From: Heterodontus francisci
Taxonomy: Eukaryota
Direction: 5' to 3'
DNA length: 64,000 nucleotides
NCBI RefSeq assembly: GCF_036365525.1
Contig: NC_090403.1
Span: forward strand, 35,845,461-35,909,460
The notes below the pieces were generated by a model. It made no database searches, was not told the origin of the DNA, and saw only the letters and a program-made list of their open reading frames with translations. Shown piece by piece: positions 23,163 through 36,019 of this stretch (its first letter is position 1; each line of letters opens with the position of its first letter). Both the position numbers and the translations under genes were made by a program.

Positions 23163-25760
23163 TAGAATCATAGAAAGTTTAAGGCACAGAAAGAGGCCAC
23201 TTGGCCCATCATGTCTGTGCCGGCCAAAAAACAATCCACCTATTCTAATCCCACCTTCCAGCATTTGGTCCATAGCCCTGCAGATTACGACACTTGAGGT
23301 GCATATCCAAACTCATTTTTAATGAGTTGAGGGTTTCAGGCAGTGAGTTCCAGACCCCCAGCACCCTCTGGGTGAAAAAGTTTTTCCTCATCTCCCCTCT
23401 CATTTTTCTGCCAATCACTTTAAATCAATATCCCCTTGACACTGACCCCTCTGCTAAGGTGAATAGACCTTTACTGCCACTCTAACCAGGCCCCTCAAAA
23501 TTTTGTACATTTCAATCAGATCTCCCCTCAGCCTTCTCTGTTCCAAGGAGAACAACTCCAGTCTATCCAATCTTTCTTCATGGATGCATTTTTCCAGTCC
23601 TGGCAACATCCTTGTAAATCTCCTCTGTACCTTCTCTCGTGCAATTACATCCTTTCTGTAATGAGGTGACCAGAAATGCACACAGTACTCAAGATGTGGT
23701 CTAACCAATGAGTTATACAGTTCCATCATAACCTCCCTGCTCTTATATTCTATACCTCAGCTAATAAAGGAAAGGATTCCATATGCCTTCTTAACCATCT
23801 TATCGACCTGTCCTGCTACCTTCAGAGATCTGTGGACATTCACTCCAAGGTCCCTCACTTCCTCTACACTTCTCAGTATTTTCCCATTAATCATTTATTC
23901 CTTTGCCTTGTTGTTTCTTCCAAAATGTATCACTTCACAATTACCACATTAAATTGCATCTGCCATGTGTCTGCCCATTTCACCACTCTATGTCCTTCTG
24001 AAGTCTGTGACAATCATGCTTAATAGTTACTATGAACATACGAACATACAAATTAGGAACAGAAGTAGGCCATTCGGCCCCTCGAGTCTGCTCCGCCATT
24101 CAGTAAGATCATGGCTGATCTGTTGTGTTTCGAACTCCACACTCCCATCTACCCCCGATAACCATTGATTCCCTTGCCTAACAGAAATCTATCTACCTCC
24201 GCCTTAAAAATATTCAATGACCCCACCTCCCCCACCTCCACCACCTTCTGAGGCAGACAGCTCTAAAGTCGCACAACCCTCAGAGAAAAAATTTCGCCTC
24301 ATCTCTGTCCTAAAAGGGCGACCTCTAATTTTAAAACAGTGCCTCCTAGTTGTGGACTCACCCACAAAAGGAAATATCCTCTCCACACCCACCTTGTCGA
24401 GACCGTTCAGGATCTTCTAAACTTCAATTAAGTCTCTCCTCACTCTTCTAAACTCCAGTGAAAATAAGCCCAGTCTGCCTAACCTTTCCTCATAAGGCAA
24501 CCCGCTCATTCCAGGTATCAATCTAGTAAACCTCCTCTGAACTGCCTCCAATGCATTTACATCCTTCCTTAAATATGGAGTCCAAAACTGCACACCGTAT
24601 TTGAGATGTGGTCTCACCAATGCCTTGTATAACTGAAGCAAAACATCCTTACTTTTATTTTCAATTCCTCTTATAATAAAGGATAGCATTCCATTAGTCT
24701 TCTTTATTACTTACTGTACCTGCATACTAACTTTTTGTGACTCCTGCACTATAACACCTTGATCCCTCTGCACTTCGGAATACTGCAGTCGTTCTCCATT
24801 TAAGTAATATTCTGCTTTTTCATTCTTCCTGCCAAAGTGAACAACTTCACATTTTCCCACATTATACTCCATCTGCCAGATTTTTGCCCACTAAGTTGCC
24901 AAGTGCTGTATTGTTCACAAACTTAGGAAGTGTACTCAAGATCAGGTCATTCATATATAACAAGAAAAGCAATAGTTTTAATACTGACCCCGGGGTATCC
25001 CACTGCATACTTCTCCCCAGTCAGAAAAGCATCCATTCACTACTACTCTCTGCCTCCTATCCCTTAGCCAGTTTCATGCCCAAGTTACCACCATCCCTTT
25101 AATACCATGTGCATCTATTTTCCAACTAAGTATGTTATGAGGTACTTGATCAAATGCCTTTTGCAAATCTGCACATACAACTCCTACTGTACTACCTTCA
25201 TCAGCCCTCACTGTCACTTCATCAAAAACTTCATCAGGTTAGTCAAATTTGTCTTTAGCAAATCTGTGCTGACTGTTCCTTATTAGTGCATGCTTCTACA
25301 AATGCTAATTGATTTTGTCCTTGACAATGGTCTCTGGTAGTTTTCTCACCACTGACATTAGACTAATTTGACCTGTAGTTATTAGGTTTATCCCATTTTC
25401 CCCTTTTTTGAATAGGGATGTAACATTTGGAATCCTCCAGTCCACTAGCACTGCTACAATATCCAAGAAGGATTGAAAGATTGTTGTCAGAGCTGCTGCT
25501 ATCCCCATCCTAGCTTGCTTCAGCAACCTATGATATATCCCATCTGGTCCAGGCGGCTTGTTAACTTGGAGTGATGCCAATCCATTTAGCACCTCCTTCC
25601 TATTTTTATCCTATCCAATATCTCTATTCCTCCCTCCTCTGCTCCAACATTAAATTCATCCTCTTCTTTTGTGAAGACAGGTGCAAAGTATTCATTCAAT
25701 ACCTCAGTCATGCCCTCTGCCTCCACAAGAAAATTTCCTATTTTGGTCCCGAATCACCCC
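23163..25760 (-). mobile_element. Nested CR1 LINE fragments (a copy at ~24033-24892 lies inside another CR1)
   Basis: LYNSLVRPHLEYCVHFWSPHYRKD..VQRRFTRM (23454-23729); LYKALVRPHLKYGVQFW (24417-24689); KPPGPDGI..DWRIPNVTSLFKKG (25305-25592). Two separate 3' tails at ~23163 and ~24033. Confidence 0.85.
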
Positions 25761-26000
25761 ACCATTTCTTTAACTATTCATTTAATGATATGAAAAGTAG
25801 TTCACTGAGAAATCTCTGAAGCCACATGCTACAGATTTATGGTTTATTATATTTATATGTATTCTAATAGTGGAAAAACCTACAACTTTTAATTTAAAAA
25901 AAAGTTGATGGTAAATGAGTAAAGGCAGAAGTAGAATACTCAGTTGTGTATCTACTCTGCAAATATAATAGTTCTAGAACAAATTCAAATAACTTCTCAG

Positions 26001-26836
26001 TGTTACAACTGGGTGAGAAAGGTGTCTGGGGTCCCTCTCAACCTTCACCTGGTCTTGCTGTAACAGGGTTTAATTTTAAACACACTGTTTTTAGCTCCTC
26101 CTTGGTGAATCCTTGTTCACTGCTTTCCAATTTTAAGGCAAAGAAACCAGCACAAACAGGCTTTCTTAGGTTTAAAGAAGAAAAGTTGAAATTTATTAAA
26201 CTTAAACTCTAATTCAGTTGACGCCTACGGATACACGATGTGCCCAAACTAGCATGCATACGCGATATATGCGTGTAAATAGAGACAGAAAAGAGCAGAA
26301 GAAAAAAATAAAGTGAAAAGTTTGTGGCAATATCTGAAGAGTTTTTGTTACAATTCTTCGAGCTCACTGTAGAGTCCTTGATTGTAGGTAGATCTTGCTT
26401 TTCGTTGAGGCCCAGTATTCTTCTTAAACCTTGTTTGCTGTAGGAGACTTTTCTCTCTTGGGGTTCAAGTGTCTTTAGTGGATTCAGAGGCTTGTGAGAA
26501 AGAGATGGGAGCAGACAGGGGAGATCTTCTCAGTGCAGGAGCAAACACCCTTTCTGAGTTCAAACTCTCTGTGGCTAGTTCAAAAGAAAACCCTGGAACA
26601 GCCAGTCAGTCATGTGACCAGCTGGTCTAACCAGTCCTGGCCCTTGTGGATTGTATCCTCCTCAGTGGGCCCTGGAATGCGTTTCCTCACCTTCGATGTC
26701 TGTTAGTATGTAAATGTTTTTTTCCACCAAGGATGATCTGTTTAACAAGTCATTTCCTCGCTTCAACAACAGTTAAAAATCAATGTTGACAAAATCGATG
26801 TGCCTCATTCTTGGCAGGTGGGGGTCTAGCATGACA
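26001..26836 (-). mobile_element. Solo LTR (836 bp)
   Basis: TG...CA termini (TGTTAC / ATGACA) and a perfect 5-bp TSD CTCAG at 25996-26000 and 26837-26841. AATAAA on the minus strand near 26192-26197. Confidence 0.85.
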
Positions 26837-27234
26837 CTCAGCATATAGCCTCATAATGAAGAGATTGTGAGGTACCAGAGAAGATGTATGTCTTGCTCCC
26901 AGTGCAGAATGCTCTGTGTACACTTGTGCTTCTAATGCTTGTTAATGTAAGAGAGGACTGACCTATGGCCTATGTGTGACTTGATCAGGTATTAAAGAAA
27001 CAAATTTAGCCTGACACTTAAATACAACTATAAAATTAATGCAATCTTTACATTGACACAATGCTCAAGTCTCAGAATCTTACTGCAAAAATTCTATTTC
27101 ACCCACATTTCGTGTGATATGCTTATTTCTCAACATGGATATGCTTACCTCACTAGTTTACTGATTTGTTTTATATCAAACAGAATATCTGAAAGATTTG
27201 TGAACCATCCAAAGCTTTTGGTATCTAAAGCAGC

Positions 27235-28039
27235 CTGATGTTTTTGGTCCCCACCACAAACTCTGTTCCCTAGCCACTGGCTCCATCCCTCTCCCTGGCT
27301 ACTGTTTGAGGCTGACCCAGACTGACCTTGGTGTGGTATTAGACCCCAAGATGAACTTTTGATCACATATATGCACCATCAGTAAGATGCCTATTCCCAC
27401 CTCCATAACATTGCCTGACTCTGCCCCTGCCTCCACGCATCTGTTGCTGGAAACCTCATCCATGCCTTTGTTACCTCTAGACTTGACTATTCCAACGCAC
27501 TTCTGTCAGCCTTCCATCTTCCACCCTCCATAAACTCAAGCTCATCTAAAACTCTTCTGCCCATACCCTAACTCGCACCAAGTTTCATTCACACATAATT
27601 CCTGTGCTCACTGACCTACGTTGGTTTCTGGTTAAGCAACGACTGAATTTTAAAACTCTCATCCTTATTTTCAGATCTCTCCATGGCCTCACCACTCCCT
27701 ATTTCTGTAAGCTCCTCCGACCCTACAACCTTCTAAGCTTCTCTAATTCTGGCTTCTTGTGCATGACCAATATTAATCGCTCCACCATTGGCAGTTGTGC
27801 CTTCAGCTGCCAAGGCCATAAGCTTAGGAATTACCTTCCTAAGTACTTCTGCCTTTCTACCTCTCTTTCATCCTTTCAAGAAGCTGCTTAAAACATAGCT
27901 CTTTAACCAGGCTTTTGATCATCTGTCCTAATATCTCCTCAAGTGGCTCAGTGTTAAATTTTGTTTGATAATGCTCCTGTGAAGTGCCTTGGGATGCTTT
28001 ATTTAAAGGCGCTATATAAATGCAAGTTGGTGTTGTTGG
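27235..28039 (+). mobile_element. L2 LINE 3' fragment
   Basis: LIHAFVTSRLDYSNA; LTDLRWFLVKQRLNFKTLILIFRSLHGL. Tail AAAGGCGCTATATAAATGCAAG(TTG)n. Confidence 0.85.
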
Positions 28040-29181
28040 AATTTCTTCATGCTTGATTGAGTCTCCGTTGTCAGGAAGATGTTCCTCTGTTCTGTTGTTA
28101 ACCCAGGAGCAGTTTCACCACCATAAAACTGGTTTTGAAAGGACTTTAGTGCATGAGGACAACAACCAACTGACTATCTCAGAAACGTTAGAGAAGCAAG
28201 ATAACTGTGTGTCAGTTTGGATCAGTTGGTTTTCAGCCCCACATCTGGTATGAGCTCATAATCTCGGCAAATACTCATTGCTGTTGGTACAGTTCCCTTG
28301 TTGAGATAGTCAGCCAAGTCCATGCCTAGCTGTTCAGGTGGTTGGAATGGAGGATCCAGATCTAATGACACTATTTGAAGAAAAGTAAATGTTTCTTCTG
28401 ATGTCCTGACCAGGATATCTTTTGCAACCAATTCAGTCCAAAAACTGATGAATTGACCATTCATTTCATTATTGTTTGTAAGATGTCTTTGGTTGCTGTG
28501 CTTGCTTATATAACAATAGTCACTACATCTCAAAAGTAATTAATTGTAGAAGTTCTTTGAGTCATTTCAGTTAAATAAGCTGTCATATAAATGCAAATAT
28601 TTGTTAAATTACATTTTTTATGTTTAAACAGAAAGTGGAGTTTAACATCAATTTTAAAAGCAAATAAAAGATTTATAAATTTAAATACAGTTTAAGCATT
28701 TGCACATTGATTCTTCTTTCAGGTTCAATGATTACACTTTATATTTTTGTCTTATAGGGAAAAAAAATTGTTATGCTGGAGCTTCATGAGCAGTGTATCG
28801 GGTCACATGTCCACTGACTGTAATGGAAAATTGCACAGCAGGTGCTTCATGTAACAACTATCATTACTTATCTGCCCACCAGTAGCAAGTTGCAGTCTTT
28901 AGGTGTCCAAGCAGCCTTTTTTTTTTACATATTCCCAAGTGTGGATGAGTAGACTGTTCATACAAGTGGAAATAAATGCTTATGAACAAAATGGTAACCT
29001 TTACTTTAAGGTTCACAAGCTACTGCAGTGTGTTATGAAAACCATTTTGTAAGATGGTCTAAGACATAGAGAATTATTTTACCTCCCAAACGCTGTTATT
29101 TATCTGTAAAATAAAATATATACTGGGGTTTTCTGAGCATCTGTAAAATCAGTATATGAGTGTTATCCTTTGTAAAATATA

Positions 29182-29305
29182 GGGGTAGAAATTTGTCTCG
29201 GGCAGTGACGCAAAACGGGCAATATCGGATCAGCGCCCGATATTTAACTCCATTGACTGCAGCGTGGCGGGAAAGCTGTTCAAAGGCAGAGCATTAAATT
29301 CCCCC
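29182..29305. mobile_element. Short Harbinger-like MITE remnant
   Basis: Termini GGGGTAGAAATTT and AAATTCCCCC. A related terminus CAAATTTCTACC occurs near 49720-49731. Confidence 0.5.
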
Positions 29306-29467
29306 AATGATTTGTTCTCGTGAATGCTACTGACACATGCAATAGTCCAACTTCTTTTTGTGAATAAATGCAGGATTGTACTGTTACTCATTGAACATCA
29401 TACTAATGATAGATGCAGGAAGGGGCAGGAAGGCTCTAATAATGGAATCCAAATGTGTTATTGATAA

Positions 29468-29603
29468 TAAAAGCAAAATACTGCAGATGCTGGAAATCTG
29501 AAATAAAAACAAGAAATGCTGGAACCACTCAGCAAGTCTGGCAGCATCTGTGGAGAGAGAAACAGAGTTAACGTTTCGGGTCAGTGACCCTTCTTCGGAA
29601 CTC
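29468..29603 (-). mobile_element. Short Penelope-tail insertion with hammerhead-like motif (29565-29603)
   Basis: Reverse complement reads GAGTT-CCGAAGA-A-GGGTC(act)GACCC-GAAAC-GTT-AACTC followed by the Penelope tail. 8-bp TSD ATTGATAA at 29460-29467 and 29604-29611. Confidence 0.8.
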
Positions 29604-29850
29604 ATTGATAAGACACTTGGGCATGCGTCTTCAAAACAGTGAAACTCTCTTTGTGGTTGTAGGTGTTCATTAAACAGCTCAAGCTTCAGTTTTGCACTTT
29701 AAAGTATTATAAACCCTTCAGGTTTGTTGCAGCTTTAGAGCATCCTTCAACCTTCATTTAATCAGCATGTAAAGTAAATACGCAAGATTATTATGTGTAG
29801 GTTTCGAGTAAATGTATTTTTGAAAAAGTTTAAAAATGCAGTTACGTCAC

Positions 29851-32010
29851 CTTCTTCTTCGGCCTCCTTGTCTCGAGAGACAATGGGTAAGCGCCTGGAG
29901 GTGGTCAGTGGTTTGTGAAGCAGTGCCTGGAGTGGCTATAAAGGCCAATTCTAGAGTGACAGACTCTTCCACAGGTGCTGCAGATAAAATTGGTTGTCGG
30001 GGCTGTTACACAGTTGGTTCTCCCCTTGCGCTTCTGTCTTTTTTCCTGCCAACTGCTAAGTCTCTTCGACTCGCCACACGTTAGCCCCGTCTTTATGGCT
30101 GTTCGCCAACTCTGGCGATCGCTGGCAACTGACTCCCATGACTTGTGATCAAAGTCACAGGACTTCATGTCGCGTTTGCAGACGTCTTTAAAGCGGAGAC
30201 ATGGACAGCCGGTGGGTCTGGTACCAAAGATGAGCTCGCTGTACAATGTGTCTTTGGGGATCCTGCCATCTTCCATGTGGCTCACATGGCCAAGCCATCT
30301 CAAGTGCCACCGGCTCAGTAGGGTGTAAATGCTGGGGATGTTGGCCGCCTCGAGGACTTCTGTGTTGGAGATACGGTCCTGCCACCTGATGCCAAGGATT
30401 CTCCGGAGGCAGCGAAGATGGAATGAATTGAGACGTCGCTCTTGGCTGACATATGTTGTCCAGGCCTCACTGCCGTAGAGCAAGGTACTGGAGGACACAG
30501 GCTTGATACACTCGGACTTTTGTGTTCCGTGTCAGTGCGCCATTTTCCCACACTCTCTTGGCCAGTCTGGACATAGCAGTGGAAGCCTTTCCCATGCGCT
30601 TGTTGATTTCTGCATCGAGAGACAGGTTACAGGTGATAGTTGAGCCGAGGTAGGTGAACTCTTGAACCACTTCCAGAGCGTGGTCGCTGATATTGATGGA
30701 TGGAGCATTTCTGACGTCCTGTCCCATGATGTTCGTTTTCTTGAGGCTGATGGTTAGGCCAAATTCGTTGCAGGCAGCCACAACCCTGTCAATGAGTCTC
30801 TACAGAAACTCTTTAGTGTGAGATGTTAAAGCAGCATCGTCAGAAAGAGGAGTTCCCTGATGAGGACTTTCCGTACTTTGGTTTTTGCTCTTAGATGGGC
30901 AAGGTTGAACAACCTCCCATCTGATCTTGTGTGGAGGAAAATTCCTTCTTCTGAAGACTTGAACGCATGTGAGAGCAGCAGGGAGAAGAAGATCCCAAAC
31001 AGTGTAGGTGCGAGAACACAGCCCTGTTTCACGCCACTCAGGATAGGAAAGGGGTCTGATGAGGTGCCGCTATGCTGAATTGTGCCTTTCATATTGTCAT
31101 GGAATGAGGTGATGATAGTTAGTAGCTTTGGTGGACATCCGATCTTTTCTAGTAGTCTGAAGAGACCACGCCTGCTGATGAGGTCAAAGGCTTTGGTGAG
31201 ATCTATGAAAGCAACGTAGAGGGGCATCTGTTGTTCATGACATTTCTCCTGTAGCTGGCGAAGGGAGTACAGCATGTCAAAGGTCGATCTCTCTGCTCGA
31301 AAGCCACACTGTGCCTCAGGGTAGACATGCCCAGCCAGTTTCTGGAGCCTGTTTAAAGCGACTCAAGTGAAGACTTTCCCCACTATGCTGAGCAGGGAGA
31401 TTCCACGGTAGTTGTTGCAGTCACCTTGGTCACCCTTGTTCTGATAGAGGGTGATGATATTGCCATCACGCATGTCCTGTGGTACTGCTCCCTTGTCCCA
31501 GCACAGGCAAAGCAGTTCATAGAGCGCTGAAAATATAGCAGGCTTGGCACTCTTGATTATTTCAGGGGTAATGCCGTCCTTCCCAGGGGTTTTTCCGTTG
31601 GCTAGAGAATCAATGGCATCACTGAGTACGGATTTTGTTGGCTGTACGTCCAGCTCATTCATGACTGGCAGAGACTGGGCTGCATTGAGGGCGGTCTCAG
31701 TGACAACATTTTCCCTGGAGTACAGTTCTAGGTAGTGCTCCACCCAGCGGTCCATTTGCTTGCGTTGGTCAGTGATTGTGTCCCCTGATTTAGATTTGAG
31801 GAGGGGCGATTTTCTTTATGGTTGGCCCAAAAGCTCTCTTAATGCCATCATACATTCCTCTGATGTTTCCGGTGTCAGAGGCCAGCTGAATATGACTGCA
31901 TAGGTGTTGTCAGTCGTCATTTGCGCAGCGCCTGGCTGTTCTTTGTGCAGTACTTCTGGCTGCTTTAAGTGCTACGGATGTTAACTCACTGGGGGCTTTC
32001 TTGTCGTTCA
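29851..32010 (-). mobile_element. 5'-truncated RTE-clade (BovB-like) LINE
   Basis: NYRGISLLSIVGKVF; LRQLQEKC.EQQMPLYVAFIDLTKAFD; GVKQGCVLAPTLF; LLYGSEAWT; C-terminal FICSTCGRVCHSRIGLYSH. (GAA)n tail. A few frameshifts. Confidence 0.92.
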
Positions 32011-32367
32011 CCACTTCTGCATTAATTGTAGCAGGAGCTGCTGTATATTGATTCCAGCATGGCAGCATAACTCCAGACTCAGGTCCTGACATGGACACAA
32101 TTGGCCAAATGGCTGCCTTTTGTGGTGTAAATCTTTCTTTATTTCTATGACCTGACTGCATAATGCTGCCATGTGGAACCCACTTGGGAAGCCCATCTCA
32201 CAAAAGTTGAGCTCGATACAATCGATTATATCTCTGGTACAGGGCAAAACTGGGCTATCCATGCATGCATGTCCCACGTGTAATTCGCAGTCCTCCAGAT
32301 AAAACACATCTTTCTGCTTGTGAATCACACTCTGCACCCGTCAGTCTCTAGGGAGTAGCAGAGTATA

Positions 32368-32790
32368 AAGAAAAAAAGAAAGATGTGCATTAATATAGTG
32401 CCTTTCATGATCACAGGATGTCCCAAAGCACTATACAGCCAATGAAGTACTTTTGGAGTTCGGTCAATGTTGTAATGTAGGAAATGCAACAGCCAATTTT
32501 TGTACACAGCAAACTCCAGCACGCAGAAATGAGATAATGACCAGATAATCTGTTTTTGTGATATTGATTGAGAGATAAATATTGGCCAGGACACCTGGGA
32601 TAACTCCTCTACTCTTCTTAGAAATAGTGCCGTACAATCTTTTACATCCATCTGAAAGGGAAGATGGGGTTACACTTTAACTGCACTGGAACGTCTTGAT
32701 TTTTGTGCTCAAGTCTTGGAGTTGGTTTTGAACCCACAACCTTCTGACTTGGAAGCAAAGGTGCAACCAACTGAACCAAGGCTGATGCTT
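32368..32790 (-). mobile_element. DeuSINE (SacSINE1-like)
   Basis: Minus-strand tRNA head (GGTTCAAAACC), Deu-type body GGTGTCCTGGCCAATATTTATC, L2-like tail. Confidence 0.8.
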
Positions 32791-33826
32791 AAATGCATCA
32801 CACTGTAATGTTGAGGGGATTCTATATCCTTATGCTATTGTTTTAAACTCATTTAATACTCAATGATGGAAACATTGTAGTTTTATGGCTGATAAATTTA
32901 TAGTTTTTTACCAAATATCTCAGTTGCTGCTCTGTTGAAAATGCCTAATGCTCAATAACTTATTGCTTTATCTTTATTTAAAGTTTACAAATTACTTAAG
33001 GTTTAACTGTTTCAATTCCTTATGTTGCTACATCAGTAAAAAAGTAATGCCAAATCCACTTTTTTGTATACTGTTAAACATTGGCGAGGAAACAACTACA
33101 ATATATCCACTATATCTATTTTTCAATGAATTATTCTTCCTTCCTGTGCCAGTTTTTCTCAATTTTTAACTGCTGTATTTAGATGGGAGCAGATCTTTAT
33201 GATGCCTACTGCTAGGTTAATGATTTCATTATGGACTCTTCCCTGTTGCTAAGGTAATGACTCCCAATACACCTTCGTAACAGGAAATGGTTAAGAATGT
33301 CATGGTGGATTTGCTTCTCTATGTATTGAGTTGTCTGCTAATCCCATGATAAAGCAATATGGATTTAAAAGAATAACAGAATTTTAGTTCAACTATTAGT
33401 AACAGTCTGGGTTCTGGCACCAATAGTGTTTGAAATTAGTCCCAGCATTAAAAATAAACTTGTTAATATGGCGTGGATAATGTTGCTCATAGTTGACAGC
33501 TTACTTTACAATTTAATTTGTATTTCAACTGGCTTTTGTGTCATTGCTACTGTTTGCTTTGGGGCAGCAGGGAGAACTATATTCGAAAATGCAAGCCCTT
33601 CTTTGCTTCCACTTCCCCAAGATGCTAAAATGAATTGCATACAATTTCTTGGACACAAACTATCTGCCAATCCCTCACCCGAAGGTCTGTTCTTTGTATT
33701 TGAGTCAAGACAGTACACGTCAGCAGGTTCTGTTTTATCATGGGAGCATTACAACTGATCCCAAAGCTGGTCTTCCCGATGTCTACCAAGGGCACTTTTT
33801 CTTTCCCCTTCTATCTTAGGGGCAGG

Positions 33827-34165
33827 TATTTTATTTTATTTAGAAATACAGCACTGAAACAGGCCCTTTGGCCCACCGTGTCTGTGCCGACCATCAGCCA
33901 CCCATTTATACTAATCCTACATTAATACCATATTCCTACCACATCCCCACCTTCCCTCAATTCTCCTTCCTATACTAGGGGCAATTTATAATGGCCAATT
34001 TACCTAGTAACCTGCAAGTCTTTGGCTGTGGGAGGAAACCAGAGCACCCGGAGGAAACCCACATGGTCACAGGGAGAACTTGCAAACTCCGCACAGGCAG
34101 TATCCAGAATTGAACCCGGGTTGCTGGAGCTGTGAGGCTGCAATGCTAACCACAGCGCCACTGTG
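33827..34165 (-). mobile_element. HE1-type V-SINE
   Basis: Reverse complement of 21514-21848, with a (TAAAA)n tail. Confidence 0.88.
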
Positions 34166-34560
34166 GCTAATGGTATTATGGTTGCCCTGGCTAAGGCCAG
34201 CTAACTGGGAACTTGGAATCTGTAAGGCTCACTTCCACACTGGGACAGTTACTTCATCAAGTCAATCATTGAGGGAGAGCAACAGCAGTATTTAAGTACC
34301 TAAATGATTATGTGCCATTTCATTGTCCAGAGATAAATACCATTCAGAAGATCTGCCAAATGGGCAATGAAACACAGACATAGAAACAGAAGACAATGGA
34401 AAATTGTATTGAAGGCACTTGGCATGCAACAAGTGGATTTTCCTAACCTCATTCCTGCATTGTGACATGTTGTAAAATCCTACCCTTCATTTATGGTGCA
34501 GCTAAAGTACATTGCTCTGTTAAATCACCACTGCCAGTGGCATACCTTTTACAATGCTAT

Positions 34561-34910
34561 GGTGTCAGGTTTGGCTTGTTGTAGCTCTCTCTCTCCCCTG
34601 AGTCAGAAGGTTGTAGTTTCAAGCCCCATTCCAGAGACTTGAGCACAAAATCTGGCTGGTGCTTCATTGCAGTGCTGAGGGAGTGCTGCACTGTCTGAGG
34701 TGCCATCTTTCGGAAGAAATCTGAGGCACTATCTGCCTTTCCAGATAGATGTAAAAGATCCCAGGCACTGTTTGAAAAGCGTTCTCCCAGTGTCCTGGTC
34801 AACATTTATCAATCGACCAATGCCAAAAACAGTCTGGTCCTGTATTTCATTGCCATTTCTGTGTCTTTGCTGGCATAATTTGTTTGCTGCACTTCCCTAC
34901 ATTATACAAT
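34561..34910 (+). mobile_element. DeuSINE (SacSINE1-like), followed by an inverted L2 tail to ~35165
   Basis: Similar to the reverse complements of 32368-32790 and 52002-52456. Confidence 0.75.
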
Positions 34911-36019
34911 ACCACCAACCTTCAATTATGTAGCATCTTTGATCTAGTAAAACGTCCCAAGGTGCTTCACAGGAACATTATCAAACAAAATTTGACACTG
35001 AACCACGCAAGAAAATATTAGAACAGGTGACCAGAGACTGGGTCAAAGAGCTAGTTTATAAGGAGTGTCTTAAAGGAGGAGAGAGCGCTAGAAAGGTAGC
35101 GACGTTTAGGACGGAATTTCAGAGCTTGGGATTGAGGCAGTTAACGGCACAGCTGTCAAAGGTGGAGATTTATTTTTGCTTTCACTTTTTTTTCCCCTGT
35201 TCCTTTTCCTGCTTCCTGTTAGAGTCTCTTCGGAAATACAATTATGATCAGTTGTGAAACCAGCCTCACTTGAGGCTGCCATCAAAAGGCTTGGGATATG
35301 TACCCTTCCACTTTTGCCCACCTCCCCCACTAACCCCAACCCTGCCTCACAACTCCGATTTCCTTCCAGCCTTAAATAACCCAGACTGATGTTGATAGAA
35401 GCTCTCCCTTTCAGAGCCTGAAAGCAGATATCTGTCAAACCTCCAGATCCGAATCCAATAGAAAACCATTGTAGACACCAGACTGCCCACAGAGATAAAC
35501 TCAGTTTAAAAATCAAGCTTTTCGCCAATCACAGTCGCATTGATTGTCAATTTTTTCTCTGCATAAAATGGTTTGAAAGTATCCCTGAACGTAACAAACA
35601 AGATGATAAAGAATGCTGCAAAGGATTGAAAATGTTTGCTTACATTAGAGCAGCTGACAATCAGATGCACCCACCAACATATGCAAAGAGAAGTCAGTGG
35701 AAGCCTACAGAGAACCATACTACAATTGTGCAGTCTATTTTTTATTTGGTGAAATTGGTACGGTATTTATAATGAAATATAAGATTCCTTCAAGAGGAAA
35801 AATGGCTTTAGATTTTACTGTTACCCCATAATAAATTCACCTCCTGTTGGTCTAGTTACACCATGATGTGAGCAGCTGTTGTGGAGTCCTTGGTATTTTC
35901 CAGCATCCTCTCAGTTTAGTGTTACTACTATTCCAGTTTTAGACTGGAAATTACAGTTTGTGAGTAAGCTGTTTAGAAATTTCTAAAATGTAAATTGGAC
36001 ACAAAAAGTCAATTTTCTT

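Noticed and set aside
32008-32337. 109-aa minus-strand ORF in semi-unique DNA
   Set aside because: No recognisable motif, and it runs through a CR1-like tail remnant.
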